This document shows positions 50,841-60,024 of a stretch of DNA of 64,000 nt, piece by piece. Source of the stretch: an uncultured Phycisphaerales bacterium (GTDB taxonomy: Bacteria > Planctomycetota > Phycisphaerae > WQYP01); contig CAIMWO010000019.1 of the NCBI GenBank assembly GCA_903845195.1, forward strand, positions 56,277-120,276, read 5' to 3'. Each line of letters starts with the position of its first letter. The stretch's first letter is position 1. The notes under the pieces were generated by a model. It was not told the DNA's origin. It searched no databases and was given only the letters and a program-made list of their open reading frames with translations. Both the position numbers and the translations under genes were made by a program.

Positions 50841-52070
50841 GTGAGAAGCGTATGGATCGTACTTTTCAGCGGCATCCTGGCGTTGGCAGGATGCATGGCC
50901 GCACAGACACGCCATGACGTGACTGCGAGCACCTCGTCCGCTTCGGAACCGGCGACCATGCGCTTAGGAGGGAAAGGCAGGTCCACAAAGAGCATCGTCT
51001 ACATCATCGACAGCTCGGGGTCCATGTTCGATACCTTCGATTTTTTTCGTGAGGAAATCAAGTATTCCGTCGGGAGGATGGATCCGACGCAAAAATTCGC
51101 CGTGCTCATGGTCTCTGATGAAGTCACAGAGGTAGCCGGGGAAAATGAAAAGCTCGTTTACGCGACGCAAGCGAACAAGAGGGCTTTCGAAAAGGCGATT
51201 GACGACGTCCGTGCCCAGAGTTGTGGTGATGATTTGCTGCCATCGTTTGAGCAAGCGTTCAAGACGGCATTCGCAATGAAGCCGCGGTACATCTACTTCT
51301 TGACGGATGGTCGATTCGATCCCAAGCTCTTGACGTTTGTCAACGAACTCAACACCAAACAAGAAGTCAGGATCAACACCTACCCGTTCGTGAACCGCGA
51401 ACCCTCTTACGAAGCGGAAATGCAGGAAATGGCCGAGGACAACGGCGGAAAGTGCAAATTTATATCGGAAGACGAACTCGTAGAGCGCCACCGGGAAAGA
51501 TCGCCGCCCGCAACGACGGCCGCCGCCACGAAATCGCAGGTGACATTTTGCGGCCTTGTCGTCGAGACTTCGCGTGTCGTCTATATCATCGATCAATCGG
51601 GATCGCTGCTCGACAACCTCGAAAATATGCGAGCGGCACTCAAGAATTCAATCGCGAAGCTTTCACCATCGCAGCAGTTCGGCATCGTTGTATTCGATGC
51701 AGGTGCAAGAATCATCGCAGGATCCAATCAAGGGCTTGTCGATGCGTCCGAGCAGAATATTGAACGAGCCAAAGCGGCGATCGATGCGCCTGGGAAGCCC
51801 ATGATAAGTGGCGATCTCCTTGTGCCAGCCGCAGACGCATTTGAGCAATCATTTTCCCTGCGCCCGGACGCGATCGTCTTTGTCACAGATGGCCATTTTG
51901 ATCCCAAGCTCGCCGAGGTGGTCGCGCGACTCAACAAGAAGCACCAGGTTGCCATTCACACGATAGCGTTCGTGAACCGAGAGCCCAGCTACGAGGAACA
52001 ATTAAAGAAAATGGCCAAGGACAATGGCGGGAAATACAGGTTCGTCGCTGAAAAGGATCTCAGCAAATAG
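50841..52070 (+). CDS. Lipoprotein with two vWA domains
   Basis: LAGC lipobox; DSSGS and DQSGS, two TDG motifs. Confidence 0.85.
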   Translation: MRSVWIVLFSGILALAGCMAAQTRHDVTASTSSASEPATMRLGGKGRSTKSIVYIIDSSGSMFDTFDFFREEIKYSVGRMDPTQKFAVLMVSDEVTEVAGENEKLVYATQANKRAFEKAIDDVRAQSCGDDLLPSFEQAFKTAFAMKPRYIYFLTDGRFDPKLLTFVNELNTKQEVRINTYPFVNREPSYEAEMQEMAEDNGGKCKFISEDELVERHRERSPPATTAAATKSQVTFCGLVVETSRVVYIIDQSGSLLDNLENMRAALKNSIAKLSPSQQFGIVVFDAGARIIAGSNQGLVDASEQNIERAKAAIDAPGKPMISGDLLVPAADAFEQSFSLRPDAIVFVTDGHFDPKLAEVVARLNKKHQVAIHTIAFVNREPSYEEQLKKMAKDNGGKYRFVAEKDLSK

Positions 52071-52099
52071 GATATTCGCATCTGCAAGGAGTTTCTCCC

Positions 52100-52786
52100 A
52101 TGAATACGCCGCTTTTGATTTTGGTTGGGAGCATCATGGCGGTGGCGGGATTTGCCGCGGCGCAGACGCGGCCGGCGGGTACGGCCAGCGCGCCGGCCAC
52201 CTCGCAAGCGGCAACGACGACCGCAGCCACGAAACCTCAGGTGACATTTTGCGGCCTTGCCGTCGAGACTTCGCGCGTCGTTTTTGTCGTGGATCACTCG
52301 GGTTCGATGCTCGACACGCTCGATGATCTGAAACGGATGGTCAAGAAATCCATCGTTAAGATTGCGCCGCCCCAACAGTTTGGAATCGTTGCCGTTTCGT
52401 CCGACAAGGCATCAATTATCGCGCAGTCGAAGCTCAAACTTTTCGAGGCCACGCCGAAAAATATTGAGAGTGCACAGAAGGCGATCGATGAACTTCGAGG
52501 GCCGAGTTCGGGTGATGATCTTTTGCCGCCACTCCAGGAAGCTTTCGAATACGCGTTTAGATTACGGCCGGATACGATCATTTTTATCACGGATGGCCAT
52601 TTCGATCCCAAACTGGAAATGATTGTCGCACGGCTCAACAAAAATCAGATAGTTGTCATTCACACCTTTGCCTTGTTGAACAAAGAGCCCAGCTACGAAG
52701 AACAGTTAAAGAAAATGGCCAATGACAACCGCGGGAAGTACAAATTTGTGTCGGAAAAGGACCTTGAGCAGAACAATCGGAAGTAG
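52100..52786 (+). CDS. Secreted vWA-domain protein
   Basis: Signal peptide; DHSGS, TDG. Confidence 0.85.
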   Translation: MNTPLLILVGSIMAVAGFAAAQTRPAGTASAPATSQAATTTAATKPQVTFCGLAVETSRVVFVVDHSGSMLDTLDDLKRMVKKSIVKIAPPQQFGIVAVSSDKASIIAQSKLKLFEATPKNIESAQKAIDELRGPSSGDDLLPPLQEAFEYAFRLRPDTIIFITDGHFDPKLEMIVARLNKNQIVVIHTFALLNKEPSYEEQLKKMANDNRGKYKFVSEKDLEQNNRK

Positions 52787-52813
52787 CCTTGCCGGATGAA
52801 AGGAGTTGGCAGC

Positions 52814-53461
52814 ATGAAAAACATTGCGTGGTGTCTGATCGGGCTGGCGCTGCTGACGGCGGGAGTGGTGGCGGGTTGCCAAAGCACGCAGATGGTAGCG
52901 ACCAGCGCGCCGGCCGCTTCGGAACCGGCGACCATGTATGGGACCGGTAGCATCAGAACCAAGAAGATTCTGTATATCGTCGATGGTTCCGGTTCGATGG
53001 TGGATAACTTCGAAGCAATGCGAGACGAAGTGTTGAGAGCTGTCGGCAATCTGCCTCCGACCCAGCGATTTGGTGTCATCCTGATCACTTACGGTGATGC
53101 GCTGGTGGTAGCCGGTGAAAAAGAGAGTCTTGTGCCGGCCACGCCGGAAAACAAGAAGGCGCTCAAGAGGGCGATCAACGCAGACCGCTCGGGCGCAGGC
53201 GCCGATATGCTGCTGGCGTATGAGAAGGCCTTTAAAACGGCGTTCGCAATGAAACCGGAGATCATCTATTTTGTGACCGACCAATATATTGAACCCAATG
53301 TGTTGGGAACCATCGCCGACCTCAATGCTGACAAGAAGGTGAAACTCAGTACTGTTGCATACTTGAATCGCGACCCAGCTCTACAAGAAGAGCTTCGGAC
53401 GATGGCCAGGGATAATGGCGGAAAATATAAATTTGTCTCCGAAAAGGCTCTCGGCCATTGA
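52814..53461 (+). CDS. vWA-domain lipoprotein
   Basis: VAGC lipobox; DGSGS, TDQ. Confidence 0.82.
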   Translation: MKNIAWCLIGLALLTAGVVAGCQSTQMVATSAPAASEPATMYGTGSIRTKKILYIVDGSGSMVDNFEAMRDEVLRAVGNLPPTQRFGVILITYGDALVVAGEKESLVPATPENKKALKRAINADRSGAGADMLLAYEKAFKTAFAMKPEIIYFVTDQYIEPNVLGTIADLNADKKVKLSTVAYLNRDPALQEELRTMARDNGGKYKFVSEKALGH

Positions 53462-53788
53462 ATCTGGCGCTCCAGTTGCCCAAGCGCTTCCTCGCATATT
53501 TGTGTTCATTCGTGTTCATTTGTGGCTCATTTACGTCGTCTCTGTGACTCTTTGGTGAATCTTCCTCGTCGCCTCGGCGACGATTTGCTCCGCTCAACAT
53601 GTTCAGATAAATTACCGATATTGATGTTCGGTAGGACGTCGGTGTGCGTTGGGATATCGCCAACCGCTGGTGCTGCCCTCGGGACAGTTCCAGCAGTTCG
53701 CGCCATCCTCAGTGGGTTGTACACGCCGTTCCGCCAATCAGGACGCAGGCGTTTTGCGCCCGAACGTGTACTACTGCTCAGGTGGCCG

Positions 53789-54604
53789 ATGGTCTCCGAA
53801 GAACTCCTCGTGCAATGCGAAGAAATGCTCGGCTACAGGTTCGTCAACCACGACCTGCTTCAGGAAGCCCTCACCCACGCCTCCATCGCCGACGACCGCC
53901 GCCTCTCCAACGAACGCCTCGAATTCCTCGGCGATGCCGTGCTCGGCCTGGTCATCTGCCACCGCCTTTTCGAACTTTTTCCCGATTACCTTGAAGGCGA
54001 CCTGACCAAGCTCAAGAGCGCCGTCGTCAGTCGCCATACCTGCGCCATCGTGGCCAATGCGATGGGCCTGACCGACCTGCTGTTCGTCGGCAAGGGCATG
54101 ACCGGCCGCGCCGAACGCCCCAGTTCGCTGGCCGCCGGTGCGCTGGAATCCATCATCGCCGGGATTTATCTCGACGGCGGCTTCGAGGCGGCCCGGGCCT
54201 TCATCCTTCGCCATATGGATGCGCACATCGAATCCTTCGCCGCCACCAGCCACCAGCAGAATTTCAAAAGCCTTTTGCAACAGCACGCCCAAAAGCAGCT
54301 CAACGCCACGCCGGTCTACGAACTCGTCGACGAAAAAGGCCCCGATCATTCCAAGTGTTTCGAGGTGCGCGTGGTCATCAACGGCCGCGGCTTCGGCAGC
54401 GCCTGGGGACCGGCCAAGAAACAGGCCGAACAACGCGCCGCGCAGATCGCCCTGGAAGAACTTGGCGTCATTCAGCCCGGCGAAGGTTCAGAGATGCCGT
54501 TCGATCCGGCCGAACACGCCTCATCGACCAATGCCGAAACTCCCCCGCCCGAGCTGACCGATGAAGGCCAGTCCGGCGATCAATCGTTCTCCGCGAATAT
54601 TTAA
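53789..54604 (+). CDS. rnc: Ribonuclease III
   Basis: NERLEFLGDAVL, EGDLT, dsRBD GPDH...KKQAEQ. Confidence 0.97.
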   Translation: MVSEELLVQCEEMLGYRFVNHDLLQEALTHASIADDRRLSNERLEFLGDAVLGLVICHRLFELFPDYLEGDLTKLKSAVVSRHTCAIVANAMGLTDLLFVGKGMTGRAERPSSLAAGALESIIAGIYLDGGFEAARAFILRHMDAHIESFAATSHQQNFKSLLQQHAQKQLNATPVYELVDEKGPDHSKCFEVRVVINGRGFGSAWGPAKKQAEQRAAQIALEELGVIQPGEGSEMPFDPAEHASSTNAETPPPELTDEGQSGDQSFSANI

Positions 54605-54819
54605 AATGCACGAATCACCCATCCCCTCAGAGCCGTGCGGCTCCGCCGCCGGCCCAATGCCCGCGCCTTCCGCGTGCAGTACCCGCTACCCGAAAATCAA
54701 AAATACCCTAGAATGTGCAGAATCTCGGTGTTCTCGGTGTCTTCCGTGAGAACCCGTCTTTTGTCGAAGCCCGTTTCAAGGTTTTAAGATTTCAAACGCG
54801 CTTCATGGAGATCCACAAA

Positions 54820-55683
54820 ATGGCTTCCCCGGCCGCCCCCATCGGCGTGTTTGATTCCGGACTCGGTGGCCTCACCGTCGCCCGCGCCATCCGCACGCTC
54901 CTGCCGCGGGAATCCATCGCCTATTTCGGCGACACCGCCCGTCTCCCCTACGGCACAAAAAGCCCCGCCACCGTCCACCGCTTCACCCGCCAGTGCCTGC
55001 GCTTCCTCATGGGCGTTCGCCCGAAGCTCCTCGTCGTCGCCTGCAACACCGCCAGCGCCCTGGCCCTGGCGCAGCTCCGCAATGATTTTGAAGTCCCCGT
55101 CATCGGCGTGCTGGAACCCGGCGCCGTCGCCGCGGTGGAAGTCGCACGCCAGGCCGCCCGCTCCGGCGGATCCACGCCAGGCCGCGCCCAGCGCATCGGC
55201 CTGATCGCCACCGAAGCCACCATCGGCTCCAACGCCTATCCCGCCGCCATCCGCGCGCTCGATCCGGCCCTCCAGGTCATCGGCCGCGCCTGCCCGTTGC
55301 TGGTGCCCATGATCGAAGAAGGCCGCGAGGAAAGCGACTTGATCGTCGGCCTGGTCCTCCGCGAATACCTGCAGCCCTTCCTCGAGATGGAAATCTCCGC
55401 CCTCATCCTCGGCTGCACCCACTACCCCATTTTCGCCTCCGCCGTGCAGGAAACCCTCGGCGAGGAAGTCACGCTCATCGACTCCGCCCGGCAAACCGCA
55501 CTGGTGGTCCGCGACCAGCTCGCTACAATGCACGCGCTTTCGCAGAGCCCCCACGATGGCCGCCTGACCTGCTACGTCACCGACCAGGGCCAGCGCTTCG
55601 AACGGCTGGCCTCGCGGTTCCTCGGCGAAGCCGTCGGACAACCCGTGTGGGTGACGCCCGAAATGTTGGAGACCGTGGAATGA
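54820..55683 (+). CDS. murI: Glutamate racemase
   Basis: FDSGLGG, PYG, ACNTAS, LGCTHYP. Confidence 0.97.
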   Translation: MASPAAPIGVFDSGLGGLTVARAIRTLLPRESIAYFGDTARLPYGTKSPATVHRFTRQCLRFLMGVRPKLLVVACNTASALALAQLRNDFEVPVIGVLEPGAVAAVEVARQAARSGGSTPGRAQRIGLIATEATIGSNAYPAAIRALDPALQVIGRACPLLVPMIEEGREESDLIVGLVLREYLQPFLEMEISALILGCTHYPIFASAVQETLGEEVTLIDSARQTALVVRDQLATMHALSQSPHDGRLTCYVTDQGQRFERLASRFLGEAVGQPVWVTPEMLETVE

Positions 55684-56402
55684 TCGTACGATTCAGCACT
55701 GGAAAACTCTTCGCCGCCGTGATGCTTCTGGTGGCCCTGTCGCTGGGCGGCTGCGGCAGCGGCGACACCTATGCCGCGCGCGACTTCAACGAACTCATCC
55801 CCCGCATGATGAAGGCCGTCAATCAGGGCTCGCCGCAGGAAGCCGCCGCCAATCTCTTCAACGTCACCAGCGCCGATGAGCGGCGCGACGCCGTCGCCTA
55901 TCTTGAAACCCGCCCCTACGGCCATGCCGAAGCGTACATGAAGGCCTACAAACTGCTCGCCACCGATCCGCACCCGATGGTCCGCGCCCAGGCGATGCGT
56001 GCCCTGGGCAGCTCGCATGATCCTTCCATCGTGAACGTTCTGGTGAAGGGGCTCAATGACTCCGACGTGACCGTCCGCCGCGACGCCTCGATGGCCCTTC
56101 AGTCCACCTATTCCGAAGTGGCCCTCGAATCGATGATCCTGCACCTCAAGGGCGATGAAGACGAGCAGGTACGCACCAACCTTGCGCTGGCGATGGTTCA
56201 GGCACGCAATCAAAAATCCATCCGGGCCCTGATCGACGCGCTCGACGATTCCAATGCCGCCGTGAACTACTGGGCTCACCAGTCGCTCATGGGCCTGACC
56301 CAGCAGGATATCGAACCCAACGGCAAACTCTGGCTCGAGTGGTACCGCAAAACCTATCCCGAACCCGGCACGACCCCAAGCGCCACCACCCGCAGCAAAT
56401 AG
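55680..56402 (+). CDS. HEAT-repeat lipoprotein
   Basis: LGGC lipobox, D.DxxVR repeats, ATGA overlap with murI. Confidence 0.85.
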   Translation: MIVRFSTGKLFAAVMLLVALSLGGCGSGDTYAARDFNELIPRMMKAVNQGSPQEAAANLFNVTSADERRDAVAYLETRPYGHAEAYMKAYKLLATDPHPMVRAQAMRALGSSHDPSIVNVLVKGLNDSDVTVRRDASMALQSTYSEVALESMILHLKGDEDEQVRTNLALAMVQARNQKSIRALIDALDDSNAAVNYWAHQSLMGLTQQDIEPNGKLWLEWYRKTYPEPGTTPSATTRSK

Positions 56403-56615
56403 CACGGCAGCCCTGGACGACGGCCGTAAATTAGCCACAAATGAACACCAATGAACACAAATGTAAGAAAAAAGAATTGTTGGGATTGAGATCATCAAGA
56501 CTTTTCTGATGCAGTATTTGTGTTTATTCGTGTTTATTTGTGGCTAATTTAGGGTGGTTGGCGCCGTAGCGCCAGTCGGCGCTTGGGCGACCCAGTGCAG
56601 CAATTTCAGGTGACT

Positions 56616-57611
56616 ATGCGCGCCCTCCATTTTGATGGCTCAACCGTCCAATTCAAACGCGCCTGCCCGGAACCGCAGCTCGCCGGTGGAGCAGGTGGCG
56701 AAGCCCTCATCAAAATTCACGCTGCCGGCGTTTGCCAGACCGATTACGAAATCGCCCGCGGCTACATGGGCTTCCAGGGAATCCTCGGCCACGAATTTGT
56801 CGGTACCGTCGTACAGCTCAACACCAGCGCGCCTGCCGCGGAAAGCGACTGGCTCGGCAAACGCGTCTGCGGCGAAATCAACTGCGTCTGCGGCTCCTGC
56901 GAAATGTGCCAGCGCGGCCTCTCCACCCACTGCTTCCGCCGCACCGTCATCGGTATTCTCAATCACGATGGCGCCTTCGCCGACCTCCTCCGCATCCCCG
57001 TCCGCAACCTCCACGCCGTGCCCGATCACGTCACCGATGATGAAGCCGTCTTCACTGAACCCCTCGCCGCGGCCTTTCAGGTGCTGCGCCAAGTGCCGAT
57101 CGAAAAACGCACCCGCGCCACCGTGCTGGGCGACGGACGCCTCGGCCAGCTCGTCGCGCAAGTCCTGGCCCGCACCGGTTGCACGCTGACCCTCGTCGGC
57201 CGCCATCCCGAGAAACTCGCCCTCGCCGAACGCATCATCAACACCGGCAATCTCCGCATCATCCTGGACTCCGAGCTAACCCCCCGCCGCGATCAGGATG
57301 TCGTCGTCGAGTGCACCGGCCGCGCCGAAGGACTCCAGCGCGCCCTGGCCATCGTCCGCCCCCGCGGCACCGTCGTGCTCAAAACCACCGTCGAAAAGCA
57401 AAAACCCATGAACCTCGCCCCCGTGGTCATCGATGAAATCACCATCCTCGGCAGCCGCTGCGGCCCCTTCGGCGATGCACTCGCCGCCCTGGCCCGCCAC
57501 GAGGTCAACGTCCTCCCGCTCATCTCCCGCCGTGTAAAACTGGAAGACGCCGCCGAACTCTTCGCCCCTAACCGCAAACCCGACGGCCTCAAGACGCTCC
57601 TGACCTTTTAG
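56616..57611 (+). CDS. Zn-dependent MDR alcohol dehydrogenase
   Basis: GVCQTD, GHEFVG, CGSCEMC..C, GDGRLG. Confidence 0.92.
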   Translation: MRALHFDGSTVQFKRACPEPQLAGGAGGEALIKIHAAGVCQTDYEIARGYMGFQGILGHEFVGTVVQLNTSAPAAESDWLGKRVCGEINCVCGSCEMCQRGLSTHCFRRTVIGILNHDGAFADLLRIPVRNLHAVPDHVTDDEAVFTEPLAAAFQVLRQVPIEKRTRATVLGDGRLGQLVAQVLARTGCTLTLVGRHPEKLALAERIINTGNLRIILDSELTPRRDQDVVVECTGRAEGLQRALAIVRPRGTVVLKTTVEKQKPMNLAPVVIDEITILGSRCGPFGDALAALARHEVNVLPLISRRVKLEDAAELFAPNRKPDGLKTLLTF

Positions 57612-57625
57612 GGACAGACTTACCC

Positions 57626-58111
57626 GTGAATGACACGGCCCCAAAAATTCTCGACTACGACCATCATTCGTCCGCGAAGGATCCGCGCGCTCGCTGGGTG
57701 CTTCCCGGCTTTCTTCTGGGAATGGTGATAAGCGGAATCCTCATCAATGGTCTGGTTGCATCGATCTTGTTGTGGCAGCGTATGGACTACGATGCTACTT
57801 TTTATCCATGGATTGACGGACTAGTGGTTAGCGCGGGCTTTACGATATTCGCTTTTCTACCAAGTAGCCTGGCGCTGGGAATCTGCCTTTGGCTTCGCCG
57901 CATCATTGTGAAAGAAGTGCGTTTCGCTAGCTTTCGCGCAGCGTTACTCTGGGGCGTGCTTGCAGGTCTTTACCCACTCTCGTTGGAAAGGTTCTTATCC
58001 ACCAGTGTTTTCTGGAGCATAGCGATCTTCATCGGAGGCTTGATCTGGCTCCTGCTGATTTCCATCCTCGCGGGTTTCTTCCTCTGCTACCGCAGCCACC
58101 TGCGCGAGTGA
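57626..58111 (+). CDS. Hypothetical 4-TM membrane protein
   Basis: Hydrophobic, N-terminal ILDY, lower GC. Confidence 0.65.
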   Translation: MNDTAPKILDYDHHSSAKDPRARWVLPGFLLGMVISGILINGLVASILLWQRMDYDATFYPWIDGLVVSAGFTIFAFLPSSLALGICLWLRRIIVKEVRFASFRAALLWGVLAGLYPLSLERFLSTSVFWSIAIFIGGLIWLLLISILAGFFLCYRSHLRE

Positions 58112-58301
58112 CATCCCCTCCTCCCGCTAAGGTCCGCCGCTCAAACGGCCGATAACGATCATTGGACGTGAGCGGCGCTGGCCCCAGTGGCGTGATGCAT
58201 TCCACGGCCCGACGCCCCTCACGGTTCCAGTGTCGCCCCGCCCGCGCGCCGCGACCCCGTTCGCTTCGTCTTTCGCACGCGTTCCGTTCGGAGCCTTGCT
58301 C

Positions 58302-58961
58302 ATGGCCAAAGCGCCCGCACTGATCCTCTCCTCCGGCGGACTCCACAGCCTCGTCGCCGCCGGCATCGGCAGCCGCGAATACCGCATCGCCATGCTCTTC
58401 ATCAAGGACGGCCGCGAGTCCGAACGACATGCCCAGGCCGCGTTCGAGCGCCAGGTCGCCCACTTCAAACCCATGAAATACTGGGCCGTCGACGGCTCCC
58501 TGCTCCGCCAGATGACCATGCCGCCCGAATCTGCCGGCCTGGTCAATTCCACCTGCTCCGATCCCCAGTCGAACCTGCTGCCCACGCGCGAATTGCAGTT
58601 CCTCGCCATCGCCGCCGGTTTCGCCCGCCAGATTCACGCCCAGACCATCCTCTGGGGCGCCCAGTACGATGCCAAACAAAATGATGCCCTCGCCCGGAAC
58701 ATGGAATTGGTGCAGGTCCTCAATCAGTTGCTGGAAATCGTTTCTCCCGAGGCGCCGGTCGTCGTCAAAACGCCTCTCATGGGCCTCGAAGATCAGCAGG
58801 TCATCGAACTGGGCTACCAGATGGCCCTCCCCTTCGGCGCTTCCTGGACCTGCCAGATGCCGATGGATCATCCCTGCATGAGCTGCCCCGCCTGCACCCG
58901 GCGTACCCGCGCGTTCCGCGCCGCGCAACTCACCGATCCCCTGGTAGTCAAGACCAAGTGA
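58302..58961 (+). CDS. QueC-like PP-loop protein (divergent)
   Basis: SSGGLHS, KTPLM, SWTC...PCMSCPAC. Confidence 0.75.
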   Translation: MAKAPALILSSGGLHSLVAAGIGSREYRIAMLFIKDGRESERHAQAAFERQVAHFKPMKYWAVDGSLLRQMTMPPESAGLVNSTCSDPQSNLLPTRELQFLAIAAGFARQIHAQTILWGAQYDAKQNDALARNMELVQVLNQLLEIVSPEAPVVVKTPLMGLEDQQVIELGYQMALPFGASWTCQMPMDHPCMSCPACTRRTRAFRAAQLTDPLVVKTK

Positions 58962-59027
58962 TTCTTCCGCTCCGAATCCCGCCTGCACATTGAGACACTC
59001 TTAACGATCCCCCGGTTCCCCGGTACA

Positions 59028-59903
59028 ATGCCCGCCATGAACAAAACCCTCCTCATCATGTTGGGATCGCTGGTCGCCGCCGCAGGCTTGCTGGCCGGCT
59101 GCGAAAGCAACATCGTGCCGATGAAACCGCTGCAACGCATCGAAACCTGGCAGCCCGATGAGGTGGTCCCCCTCCAGCCCACCACCACGCAGGCCGCGGA
59201 AGAACCCTCCACGGCGCCGGCGACACAAACCGCCTCCTCCCAGCCTGCCACCGAGCCGTCCACCCAAACCGCACTGACGGAGCCCGCCACCTCACCCGCT
59301 ACCCAAACTGCAGACTCCCAGCCCGCTTCCCAACCGGCAACCCAGCTCGCATCCACCGAACCGGCCACGCAGCCGACCACCCGCCCGGGCAAAATGATCG
59401 TGAAAATCATCGACCCCAACCAGACCATCCGCTACGTCTACCACGCCAGTTACGATCGCACCTGGCAGGAAGCGATGACCCTCCTCAACAAGACCGGATT
59501 CACGCTCGATCGCAAAGACTACCGCCTCGGCGTGCTGACCACTCAGGCGCTCCCCTCCGCACAGATCGTCGAGCCCTGGAAACGCCAGCACGCCGGCTTC
59601 ACCAACGCCATGGAAAACACCCTCAACTGCCAGCGGCGGCGCGTGCGGCTGACCGTCTCGGCCGTGCTGAACAAACCGGAATTCTACGAAATCGCCGTCC
59701 AGGTGCTCGTCGAACGCCAGACCAATCCCACCGAAACGCTCACCGCGCCCGCATTCGTCCAGGGATCGGGCTTCGGACGAAGCTACGAATCGTTGCGGAC
59801 CGACTACGGCGCCGACGACACAGAAAAATCGATCTGGGTTCTCCTCGGCCACGATCCCAAGCTCGAGAAGAAACTGCTGGACCAGTTGTTCGAGAAAATC
59901 TGA
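59028..59903 (+). CDS. Lipoprotein with a Thr/Pro/Gln-rich linker
   Basis: LAGC lipobox, ATQP repeats, globular C-domain. Confidence 0.75.
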   Translation: MPAMNKTLLIMLGSLVAAAGLLAGCESNIVPMKPLQRIETWQPDEVVPLQPTTTQAAEEPSTAPATQTASSQPATEPSTQTALTEPATSPATQTADSQPASQPATQLASTEPATQPTTRPGKMIVKIIDPNQTIRYVYHASYDRTWQEAMTLLNKTGFTLDRKDYRLGVLTTQALPSAQIVEPWKRQHAGFTNAMENTLNCQRRRVRLTVSAVLNKPEFYEIAVQVLVERQTNPTETLTAPAFVQGSGFGRSYESLRTDYGADDTEKSIWVLLGHDPKLEKKLLDQLFEKI

Positions 59904-60024
59904 CCCCCCCCAAATATAGTGATCGCCCCACGATCGGCCCGCCACCGCACAACCGCGCGCCGCTTCAAAATCATGCGCTGCTTCAGAGCCGTGCGGCTTC
60001 GCCGCCGGCCCCATGCGCCCCGCC

